A DNA stretch of 64,000 nt, taken from Deinococcales bacterium (lineage in GTDB: Bacteria > Deinococcota > Deinococci > Deinococcales > JAAFIG01). Each line of letters opens with the position of its first letter. The first letter of the stretch is position 1. The translations under genes and the position numbers were made by a program. The notes beneath the pieces were generated by a model. That model searched no databases and was not told where the DNA came from. It saw nothing but the letters and a program-made list of their open reading frames with translations. The stretch covers positions 128,001-192,000 of the forward strand of contig JANNVX010000018.1 of assembly GCA_031414595.1 (NCBI GenBank), read 5' to 3'. Positions 8,759 through 18,171 of this stretch are shown in pieces.

Positions 8759-11700
8759 CTAATAAAATTCTTTGATTAAACTTCGCCAAGGTAATTCAGG
8801 CTCTAAAGGCATATCGTGACCAATAAAGGCTTTGGCTAATTTCTGAACATAAAAACCAGAACGTTTATCTTGCAATAAACTTATAGCAAGGCGCTTTGCA
8901 AACATCGGGTTTAGGTGTGCTAAAGGCTCGAGCAGGTTGGATACACATTCGTAGGCGTTTAGAGCAGAGACAATTTGAATACTTTCAAAAACAGTTTTTA
9001 AGTGCTGGGTGGGAATTGTTTTACCTATTTTTTGATCGATATTAACCTTAAGTACAGCAGCCCAAGCAATAAAGGCTCGAGCTTTGAAAGTGGTATTTTC
9101 AAGTAAGGCTTGGACTTTTTGGATTTGCTGTTCTTGCAAGTAGACTCGAGCCATGCTTGTAATTGTTTCTTCTTTGATTTCATTTAGGGCTAAGTCCATT
9201 GCTGTTTGGTATTGCTTTAAGGCTTTTGGCAATTCTCCAAGCTCAAAATAGACATGCCCAATTCGTAAAATGCAATGAGCAGCCCGTAGGGTATTGCCTG
9301 TGTGCTGACAAAGTGCAAGGTTATCCTGTCCTAGTTGTAAGGCTTCTTGGTATTGTCCAAGGGCGCGTAAAGTCTCTAGTTGACCGTTGCCAAGGGCTGT
9401 TAGCATTCGCTGGTCGCCCAAGTTACGGACTTCTTTGGTGCTTGTTTTGAGAATAGCCAGCGATTCTTGGTATTTACCTTGGAATTGTAAAGCTGTAGCG
9501 AGGTTATTTTGAACCGATTGTAAATTGCGTTGGTCACGAAGTTGAATTAGTAATTCCTCAGCTTCGAGCAATTCTTGTTCGGCGCGTGCGTACTCACCGT
9601 TTCGTCCTGCCAGTATTGCCGCATGAATTGGGATTAACGACATGACCCGAATATTAGCGCCGCTTCGAGCCGCTTCTAAGGCGCTTTGGGCTTCTTCAAG
9701 TTTCCCAAGGATAGCAAGCACATCACAAAGTTGTAAGTAACTTATGGATTGTTCAAATTCATCGGCGGTTTTGCTTAATTGCACGGCTTTTTCGGCAAAC
9801 TCAAGACCTTCTAAGGCTCGAGAAGTACGAGAAAAGAGCATTGCCAATTGACGTAAACGAATCAGGTTTTGTTCATTTGATAATAATTCTGGTTGTGCCA
9901 AAGCAAATTCGGATTCGGATTCTTTGAATAGCCCTAGATTGGCTTTGGCATGACCTCGTTGCAAAGCAAATTGTGCAGCTAATTCAGGTGGTAAATCTGA
10001 ATGAGGGAGTAAAGCCGATAATTCATTAAAACGATTGCACAGTACATGCAGTATTGTTAAGCCTTGAAGGGCAGAACTCAGCCTCTCAAATTGCTGGTTC
10101 TCGAGTGTCCAAGTCCAAGCAGCACGGGCATTGTGGTAAATCAAATCCACATGGCGTTTGGTCTCCAAGTAGGCTTCGAGGTCTTGAGTACGGTAACGTA
10201 TGGGCAGTGCTTGTAGCAACTCAAAGTAGTGTGTGGCATGAGCCTGACGGGTTTGCCCTAAGCGCTCAGGATTTTGTGCAGCTTGCTCGAGTACAAATTG
10301 CCGCAGTAGCGGATGTAACTCAAGTCGTGTCTCAGTTAAACGCAATAAAGAGCGGTCTGTCAGAGCAACAATCGCAGCGCGGCTTGCCCCACTGACGGCT
10401 CGTGCCGAAGCCAAAGTAAATTCGCCCACAAAAACCGCCAAGGAAACCAGAGTTTGTTGTTCTGCACCCCCAAGTAAACGCCATGAAGAATCAAAAACCG
10501 CTCGAACGCTATGATGTCGTGGATTGCGGTCTTTAACGGGTCGCTCGAGAAAATCTAAATCCAATTGAACTTCAGCAGCAATTTCTTCTAAGCTCATGTG
10601 CCGAATCCAAGAAGCTGCTAATTCTATGGCGAGTGGCGAACCTGCTAAGTGTTCGGTCAGAACCCCGATTTGCTGTTCAATTTTGGTATCTGGGTCAAAA
10701 CTGGCTTTGACCCTTATGGCACTTTGAATAAATAAAGTTTTAGCAGCTTCAAAACTCAAACCAGATAACTCGAGAATTTGTTCGCCTTGCAGTTGTAGCA
10801 CACTGCGCGAAGTCGCCAGCAGCTTAATTTTTGCGGCGGCGCTCAGCAAACGCTGCACCCAATGTCCAATCTCGGGCAGATGCTCTAAGTTATCAAGTAC
10901 CAACAAACAATGTTTATCGCGTAAATAATCAAATAAAACCGTTTCGGCTTGACTGTTTGGTGGGGTTAAACCCAGTGCCAACAAAACACTTTGGCTTGGG
11001 TCGTCGGTGCTGCTGATGTTTTCAAAAGAAACCCAATACGCACCATCCACAAAATTATTCTGCCAAGTCCAAGCCGCCTCGAGTGCCAAACGGGTTTTGC
11101 CATTGCCACCAATGCCCAGAATCGTCAGTAAACGCCAATCGGTATCTGCAAAAAAATCGTGTAGCACAGTCAGTTCGGCTTCGCGCCCGACCAGTGGCAC
11201 AGTTGGGGCTGGCAAGGGTGGGCGAATGGTTTTGACTGGGCTTGGTTTGGCTAAGTTGGCAATGATTTCTTTGGCTTCTGGGCTTGGTTCGGCTGCCAGT
11301 TCCTCGGCTAGAATTTGGCGGTAACGTTCAAACTGCTCTAAAGCCAAATGGTTTGCGCCTTGGGCGGCGTAATAGCCAATCAGACCAAGCTGGGCAATTT
11401 CGGAAGTTGGCTCGAGTTGTAAGTATTTTTTCCAAGCCAGTTCTGCGTGAGTCACATCCAAATTTGCCAGAGTTGCCAGAACTTGGGTTTGTAAACCAAG
11501 CAATTCTTGGCGATACGTCTCTGCCCAGTCCTCGTATAAATCTTCAGACATTGGCTGACCATCTATAAAATTGGCGGCTTCTAGGAGTTTGGCTGCGTCT
11601 TTATTGGCAATACCTTCTCGAGCCAATGCCATAAAATCGCTCACATCAACACTTAGTCCGCCGATTGGCTCGAGTCGCACCACCCCAGAGACCAGTTTTG

Positions 11701-11956
11701 GCGCAACCAAATCGCCCAAGGCTTTGCGTAAATTATATAGCGCGTTGTACAACTGCGCGGCGGCGGCTGTTGGGTCGAGGTCTGACCAAAGGTGTTCAAT
11801 TAAGCTATCTCGGGTTAGTGCATGGCTAGGCTCGAGGGCTAAGAGTTTTAATAAACTACGCACTTTACGGCGAGGCAGGCTTTTGATGGCTTGCGGTTCG
11901 CCATGTAAGCGAATGGCAAACTGACCCATCACAGTAATCGAAAGCGCCTCGCGCAT
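8759..11956 (-). CDS. AfsR/SARP-like regulator: wHTH-BTAD + STAND (NB-ARC) ATPase + TPR
   Basis: N-terminal SARP pattern, GIGGNGKT Walker A, LLVLDNLE Walker B, GSPLAI, LHPLL, TPR C-terminus. Confidence 0.88.
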   Translation of the reverse strand: MREALSITVMGQFAIRLHGEPQAIKSLPRRKVRSLLKLLALEPSHALTRDSLIEHLWSDLDPTAAAAQLYNALYNLRKALGDLVAPKLVSGVVRLEPIGGLSVDVSDFMALAREGIANKDAAKLLEAANFIDGQPMSEDLYEDWAETYRQELLGLQTQVLATLANLDVTHAELAWKKYLQLEPTSEIAQLGLIGYYAAQGANHLALEQFERYRQILAEELAAEPSPEAKEIIANLAKPSPVKTIRPPLPAPTVPLVGREAELTVLHDFFADTDWRLLTILGIGGNGKTRLALEAAWTWQNNFVDGAYWVSFENISSTDDPSQSVLLALGLTPPNSQAETVLFDYLRDKHCLLVLDNLEHLPEIGHWVQRLLSAAAKIKLLATSRSVLQLQGEQILELSGLSFEAAKTLFIQSAIRVKASFDPDTKIEQQIGVLTEHLAGSPLAIELAASWIRHMSLEEIAAEVQLDLDFLERPVKDRNPRHHSVRAVFDSSWRLLGGAEQQTLVSLAVFVGEFTLASARAVSGASRAAIVALTDRSLLRLTETRLELHPLLRQFVLEQAAQNPERLGQTRQAHATHYFELLQALPIRYRTQDLEAYLETKRHVDLIYHNARAAWTWTLENQQFERLSSALQGLTILHVLCNRFNELSALLPHSDLPPELAAQFALQRGHAKANLGLFKESESEFALAQPELLSNEQNLIRLRQLAMLFSRTSRALEGLEFAEKAVQLSKTADEFEQSISYLQLCDVLAILGKLEEAQSALEAARSGANIRVMSLIPIHAAILAGRNGEYARAEQELLEAEELLIQLRDQRNLQSVQNNLATALQFQGKYQESLAILKTSTKEVRNLGDQRMLTALGNGQLETLRALGQYQEALQLGQDNLALCQHTGNTLRAAHCILRIGHVYFELGELPKALKQYQTAMDLALNEIKEETITSMARVYLQEQQIQKVQALLENTTFKARAFIAWAAVLKVNIDQKIGKTIPTQHLKTVFESIQIVSALNAYECVSNLLEPLAHLNPMFAKRLAISLLQDKRSGFYVQKLAKAFIGHDMPLEPELPWRSLIKEFY

Positions 11957-11992
11957 TGTGTTTACTCTAGCAAATTTTGGTGTGCTGGGTTG

Positions 11993-12033
11993 CAAAAGCC
12001 AAACCCACAGGAAAAATCTTTGTGGGTTTGGCT
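11993..12033 (-). terminator. Rho-independent terminator after the globin gene
   Basis: 13-bp stem AGCCAAACCCACA / TGTGGGTTTGGCT followed by a T run on the minus strand. Confidence 0.7.
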
Positions 12034-12045
12034 CGAGCGGTGTGT

Positions 12046-12456
12046 CTAAGCTGGCTTCATGGTTTGCGCCAAAAGCCTATAAGCGGCTATCCATGCCTCA
12101 CGCAGTTCTGGGGTGAAATCCTCGCCCATTGTGGCTTCAAGTGTCCAAATCAGGGCTTCGCCAACCGCGTTGTAATCTGTGTTTTTGACTTTGTATTCGG
12201 TTTTGTGCTTTGCCCCAAGTTCTTCTATTCCTTGCACATCTGGGCGCTCGAGATTCTGGACAATTGAACGCAGCATATCCAGTAGTTTCTGGCTTTGCTT
12301 GACCATATCGCCTTGGAACATCTGCTTAAAATGCGGTTGAAGGTCAAACAACCTCTGATAAAAAATCTCACCAAAGAACGTTTCAAAACTGGCTTCGCCG
12401 CTTGGGATGAGTTGGGCAAAACTGTTTTGCACCAATTGGATTTGAGTTGCGTTCAT
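12046..12456 (-). CDS. Single-domain globin (flavohaemoglobin/Vitreoscilla-like)
   Basis: IFYQRLF (TyrB10), KQMF (PheCD1), GlnE7, LGAKH (HisF8), VGEALIWTL, EAWIAAY. Confidence 0.9.
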   Translation of the reverse strand: MNATQIQLVQNSFAQLIPSGEASFETFFGEIFYQRLFDLQPHFKQMFQGDMVKQSQKLLDMLRSIVQNLERPDVQGIEELGAKHKTEYKVKNTDYNAVGEALIWTLEATMGEDFTPELREAWIAAYRLLAQTMKPA

Positions 12457-12506
12457 CAGCTTACCTTCTTGCCAACATAATGGTTGCCTACCGACCGAGG
12501 TGGAGT

Positions 12507-14501
12507 TCAAAGGGCGAAATTGGTGTTATCCACCGCCGATGGTGCGGTTGCGCCTGTTGTGGTTGCCCCGTCACCAAGTTGCCCACTGGCATCTGCCCCC
12601 CAACAATACGCCATTCCAGCCGTAGTCACACCGCAGCTATGCAAACTCCCGGCTGTCAGACTCGAGTATGTGTATCCATTCGCCACCGCCGATGGTGCGG
12701 TTGCGCCTGTGGTGGTTGAAGCATCGCCAAGTTGCCCATCGGCATCTGCCCCCCAGCAATAGGCTTGTCCATTGGTGGTCAGAGCGCAGTTGTGGTCAGC
12801 GCCAGCCTCAATGCTCGAGAATGTAAGCCCACCATCCACCGCCGATGGCGCAACAAAAATTCCAGTCAGCGCACCATTGCCAAGTTGTCCACTGAAATCA
12901 TTTCCCCAGCAATACGCCGTTCCAGCCGTGGTCACACCGCAACTATGCGTACCGCCTGCTGAAATACTCGAAAAGCTGTAGCCACCATCCACAGGCGAAG
13001 GTGTGGTGCTGGTAGAACCCGTGGCTGTAAGCGCATTATCGCCAAGTTGCCCAGCATTGTCACGTCCCCAACAATAGGCTTTTCCAACAAAGTTCAGACC
13101 GCAAGTATGGGATAGACCAGCCGAAATACCCGAGAATGTATGTCCGCCAGACACAAGTGAAGGCGTGGTGCTGGTAGAACCCGTGGCTGTGAGTGTATCA
13201 TCGCCAAGTTGCCCAAATTCATCAAACCCCCAGCAATACGCCGCTCCAGCCGTGGTCACAGCGCAAGTATGCTCTCTTGCAGCCGAAATACTCGAGAATG
13301 TAAGTCCGCCAGACACAGGCGAAGGTGTGGTGGTGCTGTTGATTGCGCCATTGCCAAGTTGTCCTCTGAAATCATCTCCCCAGCAATACGCCGTTCCAGC
13401 CGTGGTCAGAGCGCAGGTATGGCGTAAACCAGCTGAAATACTCGAGAATGTATGTCCGCCAGACACAGGCGAAGGTGTGGTGGTGCTGATGATTGTGCCA
13501 TCGCCAAGTTGCCCAAAAGTACCTTCTCCCCAGCAATACGCCTGTCCAGTGCTACCGATACCACAGCTATGCGAATTTCCAGCGCTGATTCGTCCTATTC
13601 CCAAGGCATGAATACTGGTGTTCAGCGTCGAGGTAAAGACATCATTTACGACATCAGAAGCCAAACTGGTTGTGCCACGATTCAGACCAAACTGCATCAA
13701 ACGGCTGGCGCTCACACCTGTGCCACGGGTTTCGGCAGCCGTGATGCTCTCGCTGGGAAAAACACTGCGGGTTACTCGAGACACCGATTCATCAAATACC
13801 AAAAAGTTCATCACAAAGCCATACGCCGAAGCAGATTTGGGAACACGCATCGCCACTTTTAAGACACCTGCTCCATTCACTGCAATCTGTCTGGAGTTAG
13901 CGACACATGCAGTTGTACAACGGGCATTAAATCCATAATTAAGGAGTGTATCTCCTGCCGTCATCGCACCGGCTGTGGTGGCAGCACTGGTTGCAGCCGC
14001 AACCTCGGCACTGGTGAAGGCTTGGAAACCACCAAACGTATCTATTGCCAGATTGCTCAAAACAGGTGATACCGGTATGGCTAACTTGGCTTGGCGGGTT
14101 TGCTCGGCTTGATTGCTGATTCCACCCCAATTGGCGATGCTTTTGATAGCGGTGCCGCCCAAATTTCCACTTTTGGCAAGGGCATAAAGGGTGAGGTTTT
14201 GAAACACTTGACTGCTCGAGGTGTTGGTTATTGCAAAAGAAGCAACCAAATAGGTGTACGCCGAATTGGTGGGCGTAATCACTTGGGTGATACCAGTACC
14301 AAGGGTTAAATCGGTTTCTCGAAAGGTCACGGCTTGGGTTCTCAGTGGCTGTTCGAGTTTGGCGCTGGCATAACCATCTTGAGAGAAACGTACCTCGAGT
14401 ACCCCCAAAACTTCAGACGCATTGTTTGGGATTGAGGTTTGCTGACAAGCGGCTGCCCCAAGGCATAATGCACTTAGAAATAGAACCTGACGGTAATTCA
14501 T
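12507..14501 (-). CDS. Lipoprotein with C-terminal RCC1/BLIP-II beta-propeller
   Basis: Lipobox AAAC; seven SAGxxHTC...AYCWG..GQLG repeats. Confidence 0.9.
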   Translation of the reverse strand: MNYRQVLFLSALCLGAAACQQTSIPNNASEVLGVLEVRFSQDGYASAKLEQPLRTQAVTFRETDLTLGTGITQVITPTNSAYTYLVASFAITNTSSSQVFQNLTLYALAKSGNLGGTAIKSIANWGGISNQAEQTRQAKLAIPVSPVLSNLAIDTFGGFQAFTSAEVAAATSAATTAGAMTAGDTLLNYGFNARCTTACVANSRQIAVNGAGVLKVAMRVPKSASAYGFVMNFLVFDESVSRVTRSVFPSESITAAETRGTGVSASRLMQFGLNRGTTSLASDVVNDVFTSTLNTSIHALGIGRISAGNSHSCGIGSTGQAYCWGEGTFGQLGDGTIISTTTPSPVSGGHTFSSISAGLRHTCALTTAGTAYCWGDDFRGQLGNGAINSTTTPSPVSGGLTFSSISAAREHTCAVTTAGAAYCWGFDEFGQLGDDTLTATGSTSTTPSLVSGGHTFSGISAGLSHTCGLNFVGKAYCWGRDNAGQLGDNALTATGSTSTTPSPVDGGYSFSSISAGGTHSCGVTTAGTAYCWGNDFSGQLGNGALTGIFVAPSAVDGGLTFSSIEAGADHNCALTTNGQAYCWGADADGQLGDASTTTGATAPSAVANGYTYSSLTAGSLHSCGVTTAGMAYCWGADASGQLGDGATTTGATAPSAVDNTNFAL

Positions 14502-14644
14502 TTGTTGCTACCTCCTTGTTCGATGATGGGGTCATCAAACAAACCATTGATTGGAATTGAAAGCCCAGTCAGCAAGGTGTAACTGGCGTGCTGCTCGAGA
14601 CAAGGGGCTTGGTAGGGCTTGCGTTTAATATCTATCGGTTTCAT
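14498..14644 (-). CDS. 48-aa peptide with a lasso/PqqD-type RiPP leader-like motif
   Basis: AAGGAA RBS; MKPIDIKRKPYQAPCLEQHASYTLLTG...; ATGA overlap with the RCC1 gene. Confidence 0.6.
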   Translation of the reverse strand: MKPIDIKRKPYQAPCLEQHASYTLLTGLSIPINGLFDDPIIEQGGSNK

Positions 14645-14686
14645 CGGTTTTTCCTTTTTATAACTGAATGAGGTCTTCAAGTTTGC

Positions 14687-15073
14687 TTATTCAAACCAAT
14701 TGGTAACAATGAACTGGCTTAAAAGCGGGTTTGCACTCAGCCAAGCCTCCTTGAGTTCTGTCTTAAAATCTTCCCCGAGCGTCATCTCGAGCGTCCAAAG
14801 CAGTGCCGAAGCAACGGCGGTTTTTTTGAGGTCATTCGGCGGGATGTGATGCAGTAAAAACGCGGCGGGTAGCTCGAGATACCCAATGATTAAACGAAGT
14901 AAGTTTAGTAATTGCTGGGCTTGAAGGCTTATATCTGTACCAACAACTTCGGGTTGAAGATTCCGTAAACGCTGATAAAAAATTTCGCCAAACAGCACCT
15001 CGAGTGCTTCGTCTCCAATTGGCACAAGTTGCACAAAACTTTCTTGAACCAATTGGATTTGAGCCTGTGTCAT
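14687..15073 (-). CDS. Degenerate globin paralogue
   Basis: QIQLVQ.SF, FGEIFYQRL, LLWTLE..LGEDF..EL.EAW shared with 12046-12456; CD corner and F helix shortened. Confidence 0.75.
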   Translation of the reverse strand: MTQAQIQLVQESFVQLVPIGDEALEVLFGEIFYQRLRNLQPEVVGTDISLQAQQLLNLLRLIIGYLELPAAFLLHHIPPNDLKKTAVASALLWTLEMTLGEDFKTELKEAWLSANPLLSQFIVTNWFE

Positions 15074-15123
15074 ACAATCCTTCGATAACCAAGGGGCAGA
15101 GAATTCTGCGCCGCTTAGAATTT

Positions 15124-15777
15124 TTAGTCGGGGATGTTAAACCGTGTCTTGATTTGTTCATAAGGCATGGATTTCCAATCAATTTTTGCCCCTGCTCCTG
15201 CCAAAGCCACAACCCCAGGAATAATCACATACCGATACTCGAGACCTTGCGGAAAAGTAACCATCAGAGGTTGACCCGGGTAGGCTTCGGCAACACCACT
15301 ATCAAAGCGGCAAGTTTTGAAAGTATGTCGAAAAACTTTGAGTTTACCTACTGTGTCAAGGGTGTAATGGATTTGGTTGGTTGCGCCACCTGCATCTGAG
15401 ATATAAGGTAAGGCGAATGGTCCAATACCGCCAACTCGGAAATATACGACAATCATGGATTTGTTAATCACATCGGCAGTAAGGTCTGGTCTGGTTATTG
15501 ATCGTAAACGTATACAAGTTCCGTCGGAAGTAATATTTGAAGCCGATGCGGTTGGGTCAGAAAACCAAGGGCTGTAACGAACATCACTTGGACCCGCAGG
15601 ACCTGTTGGACCCGTTGGACCTGTTGGACCCGTTGGACCTGTTTCGCCCGTTGGACCTTGTGGACCTGTTACACCAATCGGACCCGTGTCACCTTTTGGA
15701 CCCGGAGTGCTATTACAAGAAACCATACCGCCAATTAAACTTGCCGAAATGAGTGCTAACGCAAAGAACTTTTTCAT
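15124..15777 (-). CDS. Collagen-like (Gly-X-Y) lipoprotein
   Basis: Lipobox MVSC; about 13 GXY triplets (GPT-rich); AAGGAG RBS. Confidence 0.85.
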   Translation of the reverse strand: MKKFFALALISASLIGGMVSCNSTPGPKGDTGPIGVTGPQGPTGETGPTGPTGPTGPTGPAGPSDVRYSPWFSDPTASASNITSDGTCIRLRSITRPDLTADVINKSMIVVYFRVGGIGPFALPYISDAGGATNQIHYTLDTVGKLKVFRHTFKTCRFDSGVAEAYPGQPLMVTFPQGLEYRYVIIPGVVALAGAGAKIDWKSMPYEQIKTRFNIPD

Positions 15778-15977
15778 ATTTTACTCCTTGGTGTTGAGCT
15801 TTAGGGCATCAACTGAAAATAGACTTAGACTTCTACCGAAACTGAAATTCCTAACCAGTGGTTATGCACTACATTGGGCGCGGGGCTTTGTTCATAACCA
15901 CTCCTTAAGTTCGTTATTGCTGTGTACTCGAGCCTTGGGTCTTGCTTGCTCTTGAGAGACAGTATGCAAAACAACCC

Positions 15978-16020
15978 CTCTACAAAATCTCTACACGGTT
16001 TTTGGGCGTGTAGAGATTTT
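15978..16020. promoter_or_regulatory. Direct plus inverted repeat, putative regulator site
   Basis: CTCTACA repeated at 11-bp spacing (15978, 15989); AAAATCTCTACACG / CGTGTAGAGATTTT inverted repeat. Confidence 0.4.
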
Positions 16021-16230
16021 TATTGAAAGCTGTTCAGGACGGCGCTAATTGTTGTTACGGCTCGAGACTGATTGAGAAAGCACAAGATTTTTCTTGGTGT
16101 TTCGCGGCAGCTTTAGCTGGGGACTCGATAAATTGCAGTGCATTGGTCAGTGTCTCGAGCCTAAAACTTCTAAACTCTGGTCGTCTGGCACTTGACAGGC
16201 TTGGTATACCACTGATACTCTCTAACCAAG

Positions 16231-16290
16231 ATGCAAAATGCCTTGATTATTGTAGTGGTCGTAGCCCTAACCTCGGGGGTCGCGGCGTAG
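16231..16290 (+). CDS. ilvB leader peptide
   Basis: MQNALIIVVVVALTSGVAA, rich in Ile/Val/Leu; TTGACA at 16192 upstream. Confidence 0.85.
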   Translation: MQNALIIVVVVALTSGVAA

Positions 16291-16338
16291 TATCAGTTTG
16301 AAGCCAAGCGACCCCCGCCAAAAGCGGGGGTTTTTTTT
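16275..16338 (+). terminator. Attenuator: antiterminator/terminator of the ilv leader
   Basis: GGGGGTCGC can pair with GCGACCCCC; terminator CCCCCGC-CAAAA-GCGGGGG-T8. Confidence 0.85.
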
Positions 16339-16395
16339 CACTCGAGAGAATAGTAAAAGTTAAAAGAAATTTTAAAAGTTCCACAGGAGAAAATC

Positions 16396-18093
16396 ATGAC
16401 TGGTTCAGAAGCCCTCTTAAAAACCCTCGAAGCGCACGGTGTGCGGCATATCTTCGGGCATCCCGGCGGGGCAATCATGCCCGTCTACGATGCGCTCTAC
16501 GACAGCCCAATCCAGCATATCTTGGTGCGGCACGAACAAGGCGGAGGTCACGCTGCCGAAGGCTATGCAAGGGCGACAGGTGGACTAGGTGTTTGCATGG
16601 CAACTTCTGGACCTGGCGCGACCAACCTTGTGACTGCTCTAGCCGACGCAATGCTGGATAGCCTGCCAATTCTAGCGATTACAGGAAATGTTCCAAGCCC
16701 ACTTCTTGGCACAGATGCGTTTCAAGAAGCCGATATTACGGGTATCACCATGCCGATTACCAAACACAATTTCTTGGTTCGTAATGCCGATGATGTCTCG
16801 AGAACTGTGGCAAAAGCCATTGCAATTGCGCTTGAGGGTCGCCCAGGTCCAGTGCTGGTGGATATTCCCAAAGATGTGCAACAAGCCCAAACCAATGCCG
16901 AAATTGTCCAGCCCCACGCCAAACCGCCACGTCTCGAGCCAAACCCAGAAATCATTGCCAAAGCGGTTGCCCTGATTAAAAGTGCCAAGCAACCGCTTTT
17001 AATTGTCGGCGGTGGTTCATGTGATGCCGCCCCGCAAATTCTCGAGTTTGCTAAAAAAACTGGAATGCCCGTGATTACCACTCTGATGGGACTTGGGAAT
17101 TTTCCAGCCTCAGACCCACAGTGGCTTGGAATGCCCGGAATGCACGGTAGTGTTGCTAGTAACCGCGCCATTTCGCAGTGCGATGTGCTGATTGGACTTG
17201 GAATGCGTTTTGACGACCGTGTAACTGGTAAAACCAGCCGCTTTGCCAAGAACGCCCAAATTATTCATATAGATATAGATACTGCTGAACACAACAAACT
17301 GATTCCAGCCTTTATCCCGATTCACTCCGACAGTGCTGCCGCGCTCGAAGCCCTGACCCACCAAGTCACGCACCTCGAGACCCCAGAATGGTGGGAAAAA
17401 CTACGCGACTGGCAAGCCCGTCAGCCCAAACGTCCAATATGGGGCGCAGCCGAAGCCATAAAAATGATTTCGAGCCAGTTAAACGGTAACGATATTGTGG
17501 TTTCAGATGTCGGGCAACACCAAATGCTGACCGCCCAACTTCATCCCTTCGAGCTTCCCCGCAAATGGAGCAATAGCGGTGGGGCTGGCACAATGGGATT
17601 CTGCCTTCCAGCCGCCATGGGTGCAGCCGTAGCCATTAACGCCCACGATGGTGGAGATGCCAAAGGTGTGCGGGTCATCGGCATTGCTGGCGACGGCTCG
17701 AGCCAAATGACGATTCAAGAACTGGCAACGCTTCGTAAATACGATATTCCCGTGAAATTCGCCGTGATTAACAACGGTTACTTAGGTATGGTCAGACAAT
17801 GGCAAGAAATGTTCCACAGCAAGCGTTACTCCGAAGTGTATCTCGAGGACAGCAACCCAGATTTTCCGATTTTAGCCAGTGCTTACCGAATTCCCGGATT
17901 TGCCGCCGATAACGCCGCCGATTTAGAAAAAGCCATTCGTTCATGGCTCGAGGTAGACGGACCCGCCGTTCTGGAGGTGCGAGTCCCACAAGAAGCCAAT
18001 GTTTTCCCAATGGTTCCTGCCGGCAAGGGCTTGGATGAAATGTTAGACGATGACCCGAAATTTAATGAACCCAAGGCACTTGTCCCAGCCTAA
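16396..18093 (+). CDS. ilvB: Acetolactate synthase large subunit
   Basis: FGHPGGA, RHEQ, TSGPGATN, DVGQHQM, GDGS..M, GMVRQWQ. Confidence 0.97.
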   Translation: MTGSEALLKTLEAHGVRHIFGHPGGAIMPVYDALYDSPIQHILVRHEQGGGHAAEGYARATGGLGVCMATSGPGATNLVTALADAMLDSLPILAITGNVPSPLLGTDAFQEADITGITMPITKHNFLVRNADDVSRTVAKAIAIALEGRPGPVLVDIPKDVQQAQTNAEIVQPHAKPPRLEPNPEIIAKAVALIKSAKQPLLIVGGGSCDAAPQILEFAKKTGMPVITTLMGLGNFPASDPQWLGMPGMHGSVASNRAISQCDVLIGLGMRFDDRVTGKTSRFAKNAQIIHIDIDTAEHNKLIPAFIPIHSDSAAALEALTHQVTHLETPEWWEKLRDWQARQPKRPIWGAAEAIKMISSQLNGNDIVVSDVGQHQMLTAQLHPFELPRKWSNSGGAGTMGFCLPAAMGAAVAINAHDGGDAKGVRVIGIAGDGSSQMTIQELATLRKYDIPVKFAVINNGYLGMVRQWQEMFHSKRYSEVYLEDSNPDFPILASAYRIPGFAADNAADLEKAIRSWLEVDGPAVLEVRVPQEANVFPMVPAGKGLDEMLDDDPKFNEPKALVPA

Positions 18094-18114
18094 AAACCAA
18101 AGAACGATGTGTGG

Positions 18115-18143
18115 CAGGGCGAACACAGAGGTTCGCCCCTACG
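18115..18143 (-). repeat. GTAG-type REP
   Basis: Minus strand CGTAGGGGCGAACCTCTGTGTTCGCCCTG; near-identical to 27541-27573. Confidence 0.75.
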
Positions 18144-18171
18144 AAAATTGACAATGTACAGGAGAGACCAA

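Noticed and set aside
12530-13580. Regularly spaced repeats resembling a CRISPR array
   Set aside because: They are in-frame RCC1 coding repeats without unique spacers; no cas genes in the window.
14498-14644. Complete lasso peptide gene cluster
   Set aside because: No cyclase, leader peptidase or RRE gene nearby, and the ring acceptor position does not fit.
15589-15702. 9/18-bp tandem repeat
   Set aside because: Fully explained by Gly-Pro-Thr collagen codons.
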